Positions 17,901-27,837 are shown, counted from the stretch's first letter. The stretch: DNA of 36,191 nucleotides from a virus (IMGVR_UViG_3300048599_000917:1-36191); one strand, 5' to 3'. The notes: a model not told the origin generated them from the letters alone. Numbers and translations: made by a program.

Positions 17901-18224
17901 TTACTCCGCAAGGCTGGGGACGATGGCTCCCTCGGCGTCGCGCACGCGCCAGCCGCGGAGGAAGGTGTTGACGGTGTTGATGGCCTGCCCGTGCGTCTCG
18001 ACGTGATGGGCGATGGCCTGGCCGATCAGCGGCTTGGAGCCGACCATGATGAGGTAGACGATCCGCTTTTGCGGGTGCCACTCGAAGCGGTACTGCGGGA
18101 AGCCGGGAGCCCTCACCGCCACCACATCCTTGCCGCCGCCACTCGGGTCGGCTGGACGCCCGAAGAACTCGGCCAGCAGCTCACGGCCCCGACCAGGGCG
18201 CAGGAAGGGCAGGATGTCGGTCAT
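17901..18224 (-). CDS. Hypothetical protein (107 aa)
   Basis: TGATG overlap with the upstream gene. Confidence 0.65.
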   Translation of the reverse strand: MTDILPFLRPGRGRELLAEFFGRPADPSGGGKDVVAVRAPGFPQYRFEWHPQKRIVYLIMVGSKPLIGQAIAHHVETHGQAINTVNTFLRGWRVRDAEGAIVPSLAE

Positions 18225-18649
18225 CAGGCGAACTGCAGGACGCCGTTCGTGCCGTCAAAGTCGGTCGTGAACGTCTCAGTATCGAGCAGGGTGATCGACG
18301 AGCCGTAGTCCCACCAGGAGATGAGCGGGTCAGCCGGGGAGGTCGGCGTGTCGTTGTACATGTCAACGTATCGGAAGGGGCCGATGGAGCCGCCGGAGGC
18401 CGTGATGACGACATCCGAGCCCACCAGTTTGTAGGTCCCGGACGACTGGGCCGACGAGGTGACGGTGATGCTGGGCCCGCCGGCGGAGTAGCCGTTGCCG
18501 GCGGAGATCTCTGTCAGGTCCGACTTGAGCGCATTGGCGGCCGTCGGCGCGGTGTTGGTGAGCAGCAGCCGAAGTGTATCGGACGCGAGGTTGTGAACCT
18601 TCTCCGCCAGATGCTCCACGAAGGACTGGTGCTTGTTGTAGGACGCCAT
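18224..18649 (-). CDS. Conserved-type phage virion structural protein (141 aa, beta-rich)
   Basis: AGGAG RBS; L..DTLRLLLTN..P, EI..GNGY.AGG and GPFRY..LI.WWDYG pattern. Confidence 0.75.
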   Translation of the reverse strand: MASYNKHQSFVEHLAEKVHNLASDTLRLLLTNTAPTAANALKSDLTEISAGNGYSAGGPSITVTSSAQSSGTYKLVGSDVVITASGGSIGPFRYVDMYNDTPTSPADPLISWWDYGSSITLLDTETFTTDFDGTNGVLQFA

Positions 18650-18693
18650 TGGCAGCTCCTATTTGAGGGTTCGGTCAGGGCCCCAGGGCGCCC

Positions 18694-19422
18694 CTACGGG
18701 TAGGGGATGTCGGTTCCGGGCCAGTTGGCCGCGTTGCTGAAGTCGGCCACGACAGCCGCGATGGCGGCGAGCTTCGCGGCGTCGCTCCCGACGGTGGCGA
18801 GGGCGGCGACCAGGTCGTCGTAGAAGCCCTTGGCCGTTGCGTTGATCGTCCGCTCCGCCCGAAAGGCGTCGTCGAGAATGTCCCGCAGGTTATGGCCGTC
18901 GATGCTGTAGTAGCCGCCAGCCGTGTCGCGGACGTAGAGGGGGACGCCGTCACCCTGCACGAAGGCTCCGAAGCTCCAGTTCGGCGCGCTGTACTCGTAG
19001 GGCTCGTAGCCGAGTTGCGCCCGTTCCAGCCCCACCGCCTGGCGGTGCAGCCGCGTCAGGAAGGCGTCATCGAGGCGGACCGGCAGCCCGTCAGGCACGG
19101 CCGTTGTCCAGGTGTAGTCCCGACCCAGGATCGTGTCGGCCATGATCGCCAGGTCGGCCAGCGCCGCAGCATAGGCTTCTGCCGGTGTCAGCTCCGGATG
19201 CTCGGCGTCGTAGGCGGCCTGCCAGAGATCGAGGAACGGCTCGTACACGGCCGTGTCGGTGAAGCTCTGGTTGAGGTCGCCGTTGTTGAACTCGATATGG
19301 CCGGCCGAGAGCGCATCGCTCCAGTAGAGCGCCCACCAGGTCGGGTGGCTCGGCAGGGAGACGACGTAGGAAACGCCGTCCTTCGTGACCGTGCTGTCAG
19401 GGTAGCTGGCGACCAGGATCAT
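18694..19422 (-). CDS. Hypothetical protein, possibly a tail fibre assembly chaperone
   Basis: ATGA overlap directly downstream of the collar-domain fibre gene. Confidence 0.6.
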   Translation of the reverse strand: MILVASYPDSTVTKDGVSYVVSLPSHPTWWALYWSDALSAGHIEFNNGDLNQSFTDTAVYEPFLDLWQAAYDAEHPELTPAEAYAAALADLAIMADTILGRDYTWTTAVPDGLPVRLDDAFLTRLHRQAVGLERAQLGYEPYEYSAPNWSFGAFVQGDGVPLYVRDTAGGYYSIDGHNLRDILDDAFRAERTINATAKGFYDDLVAALATVGSDAAKLAAIAAVVADFSNAANWPGTDIPYP

Positions 19423-20375
19423 GCGCCCACCCGGATGATGAAGTAGACGGCCAGGTACGGCGGGATCGCCGTGGCGGTGTGGGTGTGCGCGCCGTTCGAG
19501 GCGGTCGAGGCGGTGTGGTTGTGGGCCTGGCCGCCACCGATGGAACCGGTCTGTCCGGACTGGGCGTTGCCGGCCATCGCGCCCGAGCCGCCGTAGTTCA
19601 GGTTGGCGGCGTTGAAGGTCGAGTGGCTGTGCGCCGGGATTTCGTTGATCGTCAGAACGTGGCCGTCGACCGTGACGGTATGGGTGTGCGCCCCGTTCGA
19701 CGAGGTGGTGATCGCGCCGTTGCCGGTCTCGGCGAGGTCAAAACCACCGCCGACGCCGGCCGGGAAGCGCTCTCGGAAGTCCGGCAGGTTGAAGGTGGTT
19801 GAGCCGTCCCCGGCGCCGAAGGTGGTGCCGATGACCGCGAACAGGGCCGGGTAGGCGGTCCGGCTGACGGTCGAGCCGTCGCAGAGCTTGCAGCCCGTCG
19901 GCGGGGTCGCGACCGGCCACATCTTGATTTCGCCGATGGCCGAGACGCCCAGCACGGACGCCGCCGCTGCTGCAGCCTCTACCCCAGCCGATACCGCCGC
20001 CGCCTGCGCCTCAGCGACCAGCGAGACCATGGCCGAGCTGTTGGCGAGATCCTCGTCCCGCTGAACGGCGGTCACGAAAGCCTGGTCGGAGAGGGTCAGG
20101 TACTCGGCGTTGAGCGCCCCACTGGCGTGCAGCGTCAGGGGCGTGCCGGAGTAGGTGAAGCTGTTGCCGCTCTGGCTCCAGACGCCCGCAATGCGCATCC
20201 AGCCCCGGCCGTCCTGGACGTGCAGGGCGTAGGTCTCGCCGTCGATGGCGTTCGGATGCTCGGCCCAGGTCAGAAACTCGGTCCCGGCCCACTCCAGCCG
20301 GCCACCGAGGACGAACCCGGTCTCGTGCGTGGTCGCGATCCGCGCCCCGGCCATGTCCAGGGTGAGCGCCGCCAT
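19419..20375 (-). CDS. Tail fibre protein with phage tail collar domain and HxH metal-binding motifs
   Basis: GEIKMW..PTG..LCDG..VSRTAYPALFAVIGTTFGAGDGSTTFNLPD; HTH, HSH, HNH, HTH motifs. Confidence 0.85.
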   Translation of the reverse strand: MAALTLDMAGARIATTHETGFVLGGRLEWAGTEFLTWAEHPNAIDGETYALHVQDGRGWMRIAGVWSQSGNSFTYSGTPLTLHASGALNAEYLTLSDQAFVTAVQRDEDLANSSAMVSLVAEAQAAAVSAGVEAAAAAASVLGVSAIGEIKMWPVATPPTGCKLCDGSTVSRTAYPALFAVIGTTFGAGDGSTTFNLPDFRERFPAGVGGGFDLAETGNGAITTSSNGAHTHTVTVDGHVLTINEIPAHSHSTFNAANLNYGGSGAMAGNAQSGQTGSIGGGQAHNHTASTASNGAHTHTATAIPPYLAVYFIIRVGA

Positions 20376-20986
20376 CAGTCGTGCGCCCGGTTGCGGGAGG
20401 GACCGCGCTCAAGGCTGTCCTGCGCCCCGACGTTGTCGAGCGCGCGGTTGTAGCGGTCGGCGAAGAGTTGGGCCCGGTCGTCGTTCTTCAGGAACTGCAC
20501 GCCCTGCAGCAGCGAGCCGAACAGGTAGACGTCCGGGTGACGGGTGAGGAGCCAGTTGGTCGGGGATGAGCTGGTCAGCGCGGGTACGCGCTTGTAGCCG
20601 ATCATCTCGCTGGAATAGCTGGCGTCCGGGATCGGGTAGAACCGCAGCTCGTCGCCGATCACGACGTAGCCGACGGGCTGGCCGGTGAGGGTGCGATCCT
20701 CGCATTGCAGCTCGCCAAGCGACATGCTGGTCAGCGGCTCGTCGAGCGTGCGCGAACCGACGCCGGTCAGCCGGTAGCTGATGATGCCGCCGAAGTCCGG
20801 AGGCAGAGCGGCATACTCGGCGCTGGCGACGCCCGTGCGGCGCACGATCATCTTCCGCGTCCGAAGGTTGGCGTTGATGTCCGCCTCGGCGAGCGAGATG
20901 AAGTCGGGGATGTCGGATGCGATGTCCGAACGCCGAAGCCAGCGAGCCACGGCCGCCTTCAGGTCGTCGTAGGTCTCTAGGCTCAA
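20375..20986 (-). CDS. Head-tail adaptor / tail tubular protein A-like
   Basis: TYDDLKAAVARWLRR..IPDFISLAEA..TNWLL..HPDVYLFGSL pattern; TTG start. Confidence 0.8.
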   Translation of the reverse strand: MSLETYDDLKAAVARWLRRSDIASDIPDFISLAEADINANLRTRKMIVRRTGVASAEYAALPPDFGGIISYRLTGVGSRTLDEPLTSMSLGELQCEDRTLTGQPVGYVVIGDELRFYPIPDASYSSEMIGYKRVPALTSSSPTNWLLTRHPDVYLFGSLLQGVQFLKNDDRAQLFADRYNRALDNVGAQDSLERGPSRNRAHD

Positions 20987-21002
20987 GGGCGCCCCCTGAA
21001 AC

Positions 21003-21031
21003 GGAGAAGGGCGGCCGAAGCCGCCCTCTCC
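21003..21031 (-). terminator. Hairpin with cUUCGg loop after the capsid genes; weak terminator or mRNA-stabilising hairpin
   Basis: Minus strand GGAGAGGGCGGC-TTCG-GCCGCCCTTCTCC followed by GTTTC. Confidence 0.65.
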
Positions 21032-21052
21032 TTCTTCCCAGTCAGCACCGAC

Positions 21053-21442
21053 CTAGAGGTCGTTGTCCGGGATGTAGGCGATGATGATCTCGCCCTGGCC
21101 GGCCGAAGCCGACGCGGTCGAGACCACCTTGGCCGAGACCTCGGTGTCGGACGCCACCAGCAGGGTCACGACCTCGTCGAAGGGGACGAAGGCGATCGTG
21201 CCGAGGGCCAGCAGCGTGGCCCAGAGGTTGGTGCCGGTATCGTCCGACGGGCCGATATCCAGGGTGTTGGTCGAGCCGCCGTTGAAGGCGACGTTGACCG
21301 CCACGCCCGAGAGCGGCTTGAGGATCTGGGCGCCGGCCGGGATGGTCCCGACGACGACCGTCTTGCCGTCGTCGAGGTAGGAGATCGACTTCCGAAGATA
21401 GTGGATCTGTTGGGTGTGGAACTGGCGAGCGGGGATGGTCAT
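21053..21442 (-). CDS. Putative capsid decoration/cement protein
   Basis: 129 aa, beta-rich, directly after the major capsid gene; GGAG RBS. Confidence 0.7.
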   Translation of the reverse strand: MTIPARQFHTQQIHYLRKSISYLDDGKTVVVGTIPAGAQILKPLSGVAVNVAFNGGSTNTLDIGPSDDTGTNLWATLLALGTIAFVPFDEVVTLLVASDTEVSAKVVSTASASAGQGEIIIAYIPDNDL

Positions 21443-21457
21443 GGTTCAGATCTCCCG

Positions 21458-22510
21458 TTAGCCGGCGTAGGACGACATGACGATCGTCCCGAAGTCGGCC
21501 GAGTTGTAGACGGTCTTCTTGAGGGCGAAGATGCTGCCGGCGCTGACGCCGAGTTGGTTGCCGTAGTCGAACAGCTCTTCTTCCCAGCTCCACTCCTCGA
21601 AGCCCTGGCCCTGGCCGAAGGCGATCATGGCGGCCTGGGCGCCGCAGAGAACGGCGCGTCGGACAGTCGAGATCGCCGCGCCGGTGGAGCTGTTCACGCC
21701 CTGGGTGACGCGGGTGCTCTCGTGCAGGACGCAGCCGTTGTACTCGCCGAGGGCGCCCGTATAGATCGGGTTCTTGGAGATCTGGCCGCCCATCAGGGCC
21801 GCCTTCTGGATGTCCGCCCAGGAGCCGGCCGTCGCCGCCGAGCCGCGCAGGGAGGTCACCTGCTTGGTGTGGATGAAGGCGACGTACTTGTCCTCGCCGT
21901 TGATCTTGATCGGGCGAATGACGGGCGACATCAGCTTCGCCGTTTCCACCGCCTTGTCGATGGTGGCGAGGGTGAAGGGGTCGCCGGAGTCCAGCGCCTG
22001 GTCGGTCGCTTCGGCGTTCTGCCGGGCGAAGTTGGTGGCCGCCAGCACCGCCGTGTTGCCAGTGTAGCGGGTATCGGTCTGCGGGGTGTAGCCGCAGATC
22101 TGGTTGAAGAAGGCCGTGTCCATGCGGCCGGCGAACCAGTCGACCAGGGCGTTCTTGGCTTCGGCGCGGTGCTTCCACGGGACGCGCTGTTCGGACATGC
22201 GCCCCTTGGAGCGGACGGCATGGCGAAGCTGCTCGATCGTCACCTTGTCGGTGAAGGTGGTCAGCTTCTCTTCGTTGCCTTCGAGGGTGTTGTCGCCCAG
22301 GACGCCATCGCCGTTGAGCTGCATGCGCAGCGTGACGGTCACGGCGTCGCCGGCGTCCTTCTTCAGCTCGTTCTGCTGGAAGATGAGGCTGTCGTCGCTC
22401 TCACCGATGAACTTGCCGATGTAGGTCTTCTTGAGGGCCTCGCGGGCAAGCTTCTTGCGCCAGTGCTTGACCGTCTCGGGCGAGTTAACGCCGTATTCGG
22501 TTGCGGCCAT
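21458..22510 (-). CDS. Major capsid protein, N4-gp56/DUF4043 type
   Basis: ELKKDAGD.VT..L, LEGNEEKL, QLRHAV and CGAQA..DYGN motifs; GGAGG RBS. Confidence 0.9.
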   Translation of the reverse strand: MAATEYGVNSPETVKHWRKKLAREALKKTYIGKFIGESDDSLIFQQNELKKDAGDAVTVTLRMQLNGDGVLGDNTLEGNEEKLTTFTDKVTIEQLRHAVRSKGRMSEQRVPWKHRAEAKNALVDWFAGRMDTAFFNQICGYTPQTDTRYTGNTAVLAATNFARQNAEATDQALDSGDPFTLATIDKAVETAKLMSPVIRPIKINGEDKYVAFIHTKQVTSLRGSAATAGSWADIQKAALMGGQISKNPIYTGALGEYNGCVLHESTRVTQGVNSSTGAAISTVRRAVLCGAQAAMIAFGQGQGFEEWSWEEELFDYGNQLGVSAGSIFALKKTVYNSADFGTIVMSSYAG

Positions 22511-22639
22511 GATGGCCTCCTATGTGCAGGGTTGGGATGGTGCGCCGCGTCCGTGCGGCGAACGTCGCGCTTGGCCCCGCGTAGGCTTGGCCCGTCCGTG
22601 GGCCTGACGGCTCCGGCCTAAGCCGGGTGGAAAGGGGGC

Positions 22640-23572
22640 TCAGAGGCCCCGTTCGAGGCGGCGCATGCGCTCCTCGTACTGGGCGGACGCCTTGTCGAAG
22701 GCGGCGCCGGTAAGCCTGTTGATCTGGGCCAGCGACAGCTCGCCGGAGCTGCGGCCGCGGCTTCCACCGAGCGGACCGGAGTTTTCGCGGCCGGCCTTCA
22801 CGTCGTCGAGCCGCTGCCGGGTCGCTTCGGACTTGTCCTGCGAATACCCGCGGCGCTGGGCCAGCTTGTAGAAGGTCTCCGCCGGGTCGCCCTTGCCGAC
22901 GAGGGTGCGGGCCGAGATCTGCAGGAACTCCCGCGTCGTCACGACCTTGGCGTCGGCCTCGGTGTAGCCGGTGGCGACGAGATCGGCGATCCGCTCGCTG
23001 CGAAGGTGCTCGATGGCGTCGTCGTAGTCCGGATGGGTCTCCCGGAAGTCGGTCTCGTACTCGCTGACCTGTTGGGCCACCTGGCGGACCTGCTCGCGAC
23101 GCTGCTCCTGCTCGCGTTCGCTGGCCTGGTCGGCTTGCGCCCGCTCCTCCTGGCGGGCGATGCGCCGATCCATCCATTCGGTCCAGCCGATGGGGTCTTC
23201 CTTCGGGTCAGGACGGGGATCGTCCTCTACCTCGCCCTGTCGCTGCGGCTGGCGCTGGGCCCCGCCCGCCTCCAGATCGCGGATGCGGGCCTCCATGGCC
23301 CTGCGGTTGCGACGCTCCTCGCGAAGCGCTGCGCCCTGCTGACGGTAGCGCTTCTCCAGTTCCTCCGGCGGCAGTGGCTCGCGGGTCTTCTTGTCCGCGG
23401 CCTCGGGATCGTCCGGGTCGTCCTGCCCCTCCTGCCCCTCCTCGGGCTCGGCAAGCTCGGCTTCCTCCCGGTCGGCCGCCTCATCGGCGAGCTGGGCGGC
23501 GCGGTCGGCCTCGTCGAAGCTCGTGTCGGTATCGTTCCCGCCTTCCGCGGCGGGATCGAGGTCATCAGCCAT
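22640..23572 (-). CDS. Capsid scaffolding protein
   Basis: Acidic N-terminus, ALREER coiled coil, PDPKEDP and HPDYDDA; lies between portal and capsid. Confidence 0.8.
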   Translation of the reverse strand: MADDLDPAAEGGNDTDTSFDEADRAAQLADEAADREEAELAEPEEGQEGQDDPDDPEAADKKTREPLPPEELEKRYRQQGAALREERRNRRAMEARIRDLEAGGAQRQPQRQGEVEDDPRPDPKEDPIGWTEWMDRRIARQEERAQADQASEREQEQRREQVRQVAQQVSEYETDFRETHPDYDDAIEHLRSERIADLVATGYTEADAKVVTTREFLQISARTLVGKGDPAETFYKLAQRRGYSQDKSEATRQRLDDVKAGRENSGPLGGSRGRSSGELSLAQINRLTGAAFDKASAQYEERMRRLERGL

Positions 23573-23625
23573 GCTGGTTTCCAGTGCGCCTGTCCGCTGG
23601 CGCGTGCGTCACCCCGTGGTGGGGA

Positions 23626-25518
23626 TCATTGGCGGCTGAACAGCCGCGTCAGGCCCGCGAACATGCCGCGCTCCTGGGTCTCCTGTTCGGTCTTGGCCGC
23701 GTCGGCGTTCTTGGCGCGGGCCTCGGCTGTGGTCTTGGCGACTCCGGCCTGCGCAGCGGCGGTCTGCATCGGATCCGGTCCCTGCTGCGCCTTGGCCGAA
23801 AGCGCCTGCGCGATCTTCTGCGTCAACGCCTGTGGCAGGGGCAGGTACTTCATGATCTCCGCCCACTCCGGCGGGCCCAGTTCGACCTTCTCCAGCATCG
23901 GGAACAGCTTCTCGACCATGGCGAAGGTGCGTTCCTTCTGGTTGGGCCCCGCCGGCGCGTCGTCGACCACCACGTCGAACTTCATCGTGTCGGGCAGTCG
24001 CGCCAGGGCCTCGTACTTTTCGCCTCCGTCGGCCCCGGTGATCCGCACCAGGTAGCCCTCGGGCAGGTACTCGGTCATGAACTTCGCCATCAGCACGCCC
24101 TGGGCGCGGTGATAGCGGCGCTTGCCGTCGAAGAAGCTGGTCAGGATGCCGTAGGCCGCCTGCTTGCGCTGGTGCTCCAGGATGCCGGCTTGCTGGCGCT
24201 CGACCATCCCCAGCATCTCCTCGTTGACGCCGGTGGCGTCGCGGATGCCGGTGATCGCGACCTGCATGAGGCGGTCCGACCCTTGCGGGTACTCGGCCTG
24301 CGGCTTGGGCTTGATCTTCTCCAGCCCGCCCGCCTTCACGTAAACGTTCGCGTCGGCCTTGGCCCAGTCCTGTTCGAAGCGGTCCTTATCGGCGACCACT
24401 CCCTCTTCGATGATGTTCCCGCCCTTCGCGTTGGTGCGGATGATGTGAAGGATGTTCCCGAAGAAGCTGTTGGCCCACTTCTGCGGGTCCTTCATCAGCC
24501 GGCCCAGGCCGAACCAGACGCCCTTGTTGCGGTCCCGCTTGCCGGTGATGAACTTGATCGTGAACTCGCCGATGGGCGCCTTGTCGGCGTTCCGCGGGGC
24601 CCGCTTGAGCAGCTCCTGGCGCTGCAGCAACTGCCCGCCGTTGACGTAGGCGCGGTAGTAGCGGCGGCGCCGAAGCTCGACGAGCCAGGGGTTGTCCTTC
24701 AACGCTTCGAGCTGCGCGCCCGTGACCTCGATCTCGCCGGCCGGCGTCGCCATGCGGCCGAACCGCTCCATCTCGAACCACTGGTATTCCCGGACCTCGA
24801 CCTCCTCCTCCTGCAGCGGCGCGTCGCCGGTGTCGTCGGAGCTTTCGTAGCGGAACCGGCGGTCGCTCGATGTGGGCGTCGAGTTGGTGGCGTCGGACCC
24901 CATGGGATCGAAGCCGGGGAACCGCTCCTTGAACTCGTCCTTGGACAGGACATGCATGCGCCGCAGATAGCGGGCGTCCGACGCGTTGGCTCGACGGGCG
25001 CTCGGGTCGGGCAGGCAGTCCAGCGGGTCGATCCGCTCGACCAGGATCTGGCCGTCGGGATCGTCGTCGTAGTCGATGCGGGTCTCGGTGCAGGCGAGGC
25101 CGCAGATCAGCACGTCCTTGAAGGCTTCCGACTCCTCCTGGTCGGCGTCGGACCGGTCGCGGATCCACTCCGCCCCGCCGGTCAGCATCTCGTTGACCTG
25201 GCTGTCGCCGATCTCCCTCGGGAAGTAGCGGACCTGCTGGCGGTCGGTGATCTCGGCGCCCGCGACGGCGTCGATGACGGCGGTGAAGCGGTCGATGGTG
25301 ACGGCGGCGCGCTGCTCAGCCTCCAGGGCGATCAGCTCATCCTCGTCCCACTGGCGGCAGGCGTAGAAGTTGTAGAGCTTGCGGGCTTCCTTCCGCCAAT
25401 CGTTCCAGTGGGCGTCGATGTTGCGGTCCCAGGACGCAAAGCGTTCCAGCAGCTCGCCTTCGTCGAACTCGGGCTCCTGATCCAGGAGGTCGTCACCGTC
25501 CGGGGCGATGTCGGTCAT
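23626..25518 (-). CDS. Portal protein (P22-like)
   Basis: 630 aa after terL; FY..RQW, DPSAR..DARY, MKDPQ..AN and FDVVVD.AP motifs. Confidence 0.9.
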   Translation of the reverse strand: MTDIAPDGDDLLDQEPEFDEGELLERFASWDRNIDAHWNDWRKEARKLYNFYACRQWDEDELIALEAEQRAAVTIDRFTAVIDAVAGAEITDRQQVRYFPREIGDSQVNEMLTGGAEWIRDRSDADQEESEAFKDVLICGLACTETRIDYDDDPDGQILVERIDPLDCLPDPSARRANASDARYLRRMHVLSKDEFKERFPGFDPMGSDATNSTPTSSDRRFRYESSDDTGDAPLQEEEVEVREYQWFEMERFGRMATPAGEIEVTGAQLEALKDNPWLVELRRRRYYRAYVNGGQLLQRQELLKRAPRNADKAPIGEFTIKFITGKRDRNKGVWFGLGRLMKDPQKWANSFFGNILHIIRTNAKGGNIIEEGVVADKDRFEQDWAKADANVYVKAGGLEKIKPKPQAEYPQGSDRLMQVAITGIRDATGVNEEMLGMVERQQAGILEHQRKQAAYGILTSFFDGKRRYHRAQGVLMAKFMTEYLPEGYLVRITGADGGEKYEALARLPDTMKFDVVVDDAPAGPNQKERTFAMVEKLFPMLEKVELGPPEWAEIMKYLPLPQALTQKIAQALSAKAQQGPDPMQTAAAQAGVAKTTAEARAKNADAAKTEQETQERGMFAGLTRLFSRQ

Positions 25519-26918
25519 GTGTACCCCGTGCTTTTCGGCTTCGGCTTCTGGTAGCGACGCCGCGGCGCATCCCTCCGCGGCTCCTTGACGTAGGGCCGGC
25601 TCATGCAGGCGTAGCGGACCTCGTCGGCGACGTGATCCTCGCCGTCGGAGTCGAGGTCCTCGGGCTTCAGGCTGTCGTGCTGCAGCGCCGGCACGGTGCG
25701 GATGAAGTCGCGACAGGTGTTGAAGACCACCAGCATCGGGCCAGCGTCCTCGTCGTCGCCCTCGACGCCTACCAGCCGGCTTCTGACCTCACCCCAGCCT
25801 GGCAGTCGGCGCTTGTCGGCGCGGTTCCAGTAGACGCCACGGTTCGCCATGCGCTCGGCGTGAGACGGGCCGCCGTCCTCATCGAAGATCGACGTGTCGG
25901 CGACGCCGTACTCGATCTTCTCGCCGGCCTCCCGGAGCTTGATCCCGTCGGCGATGGCTTCGCTTTCGAGGCGGAGGCCGACGTTCGGCTCACCCTCCTT
26001 GCAGCCGTACCATTCGCGGTAGCGGACCATGCAGCCGCGAGGGATGACGACGCCGTCCTCGGTCTCGCAGGTCTCAGACGCCACCGCCCACCAGCCGACG
26101 CTGAACGGCTTGGCGTAGCCCCAGTCGAAGGAACGGAACCGCGCCCACTCCGCCGGCACCGCGAAGGGTGCGCAGGTGTTGCGGACGCTCGACCATTTGT
26201 CGAAGTAGGCGCCCTCGACCACGTCCCAGTCGCCGTCGAGCATGGCCCTGACCAGCGCGTCGGAGCCCAGTCCTTTCAGCCTGCCCGCGTACCCAGGGTC
26301 GTTACGCAGCAGGATCCGATTGTCGTTCAGCCGGGACGGGACGAACATCCGGGTCATGCCGGTCTCGGGGTCCAGGATCGGCGTAAAGCCGCCGGGCGCC
26401 GGGTCGATGAAGTACGCCTTGACCTGCTGGTGCCCGACACCGCCGGGGTTGGCCGTGGCCCTGATGCGCTTGGTCGGCACCGCATGGGCGGAGCGGAGGC
26501 GGCCGCGCAGGTAGCGATAGGCGAAGAGCGTCGACCACTGTGTCAGCTCGTCCCAGCCGATCCAGGCGTACTGGTGTCCCTGGTACTTGGTGACGTCGGT
26601 ATCGCTCTCGATGTGGCGCATCCGGAGCCAGGCGCCGTTCGGCCATCGCCACGTCGCCTTGCCCTCCAGCCACTTGCCGCCAGTCTGCGGGTAGATCTCC
26701 TGCGCCCGGCCCATCAGCTCTTCGAGGGCGGGATAGCTCCGGCGGAAGAGGATGCCCCGCCAGGCCTTCCCGTAGGTCGGGACGTCCTGGAGGTAGTCGC
26801 CGAGCAGGAAGTCGGACTTGCCGCCGCCGGCAGCGCCGCCGAACAGCAGCTCGTCGCACCAGTCAGCGGTTATCGCCTCAGTCTGCGGCCCCAGTTGTGG
26901 AGCCCATCGCTCTTGCAC
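25515..26918 (-). CDS. terL: Terminase large subunit
   Basis: Walker A GGAAGGGKS, Walker B IGWDE, TANPGG, nuclease FDWG and DHVADEVRY. Confidence 0.95.
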   Translation of the reverse strand: MQERWAPQLGPQTEAITADWCDELLFGGAAGGGKSDFLLGDYLQDVPTYGKAWRGILFRRSYPALEELMGRAQEIYPQTGGKWLEGKATWRWPNGAWLRMRHIESDTDVTKYQGHQYAWIGWDELTQWSTLFAYRYLRGRLRSAHAVPTKRIRATANPGGVGHQQVKAYFIDPAPGGFTPILDPETGMTRMFVPSRLNDNRILLRNDPGYAGRLKGLGSDALVRAMLDGDWDVVEGAYFDKWSSVRNTCAPFAVPAEWARFRSFDWGYAKPFSVGWWAVASETCETEDGVVIPRGCMVRYREWYGCKEGEPNVGLRLESEAIADGIKLREAGEKIEYGVADTSIFDEDGGPSHAERMANRGVYWNRADKRRLPGWGEVRSRLVGVEGDDEDAGPMLVVFNTCRDFIRTVPALQHDSLKPEDLDSDGEDHVADEVRYACMSRPYVKEPRRDAPRRRYQKPKPKSTGYT

Positions 26919-27459
26919 GGCGGGCTTCCCACTCCTGTCTCGTCTCGCGCGGCGGGCGGTCGATGCCGTCGACCTGCACCTGGCCGCTGAGCGCGAGGTT
27001 GTCTGTGAACAGACCGAAGTGGCGGCCCAGGTCGGTCAGGGCGCCCTTCTTGTCGTGCAGCTTGAACTTCACCCGCCGGACGTCGCGGGCGTCCTCGCCG
27101 CGGCCGTCCTTGAAGTCCTCGACGGTCACCTCGGCGATGGCCGCCGCGCGGTCCCGGTCGAGCGCGCTGAGGTCGATGAACGGGTCGCCGTTCGAGCCGA
27201 TGCGGACGTAGTCCATCATGTTCGAGGAGCCGATCTTCCACAGCTCAGCGATGACGGCGTCGGCGGTCAGTTCGGTGCGGGCGGAGCGCTTGGCGATGGC
27301 CGCGTTCACGGCTTCGGCGATTTCAGGTTTCTTTAGGTTCTCGTCGCCGATTTGACCGGCAGTCTTCGGGCTGTAGCCGGCCCGTCGAGCGGCGGCGGAT
27401 GCGTTGAGATCGACGAGGTATTCCGCGACGAACCGCGCCTGTTTGGCGGTGAGCGCCAT
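26878..27459 (-). CDS. terS: Terminase small subunit
   Basis: MALTAKQARFVAEYLVDLNASAAARRAGYS..KLHDK; AGGAG RBS before ATG 27459. Confidence 0.92.
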   Translation of the reverse strand: MALTAKQARFVAEYLVDLNASAAARRAGYSPKTAGQIGDENLKKPEIAEAVNAAIAKRSARTELTADAVIAELWKIGSSNMMDYVRIGSNGDPFIDLSALDRDRAAAIAEVTVEDFKDGRGEDARDVRRVKFKLHDKKGALTDLGRHFGLFTDNLALSGQVQVDGIDRPPRETRQEWEARRARAMGSTTGAAD

Positions 27460-27485
27460 CAGTGCTCCTGCGGCTTGTCTGGATG

Positions 27486-27527
27486 CCGCCCTATCTGGGG
27501 AAATTCCCCAGTTGCAGTGCGTCAGGC
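27486..27527. repeat. Copy B of the ~42-bp palindromic element, in the terS leader
   Basis: ccgccctatctggggaaattccccagttgcagtgcgtcaggc. Confidence 0.85.
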
Positions 27528-27530
27528 ACG

Positions 27531-27558
27531 AAAAAGCCCCGGCGGTGAGGCTCGGGGC
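27531..27558 (-). terminator. Intrinsic terminator in the late-operon leader (tR'-like)
   Basis: Minus strand GCCCCG...CGGGGC stem followed by TTTTT. Confidence 0.75.
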
Positions 27559-27600
27559 GGGGCGCAATTCCTAGACGTCTACTAGGGGAAATTTGACCGG

Positions 27601-27629
27601 AGAATTGCTCAGTTCGAGCATATGGTCAA
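27601..27629 (-). promoter_or_regulatory. Putative late promoter (pR'-like)
   Basis: Minus strand TTGACC-N17-AATTCT; TGCTC/GAGCA inverted repeat in the spacer. Confidence 0.55.
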
Positions 27630-27660
27630 GGTGGGTGTCGAACTGTCGCAAGGCGGTTGG

Positions 27661-27837
27661 TCACTTCGCCTTTTTCAGATGCTCCCTGATTTCCACTAAC
27701 TCAAGGAAGATGCCCCTCAGCAGATGGTACTTGGCCTGATCACCGTAGTGTAAGACCTCCTTCAACGTGTCCCCGCCGCTGGCATCGTTCATGCTTTCCT
27801 TGGCGAGCTTGAGCGTCTCGCGAGCGAAGTCGTCCAT
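27661..27837 (-). CDS. Small hypothetical protein (58 aa), moron-like
   Basis: ATG 27837 preceded by GAGGG; lower GC. Confidence 0.5.
   Translation of the reverse strand: MDDFARETLKLAKESMNDASGGDTLKEVLHYGDQAKYHLLRGIFLELVEIREHLKKAK

Noticed and set aside
27460-27567. Extended terS N-terminus from the ORF track
   Set aside because: Runs through the terminator and palindrome; ATG 27459 has an AGGAG RBS and the family-typical start
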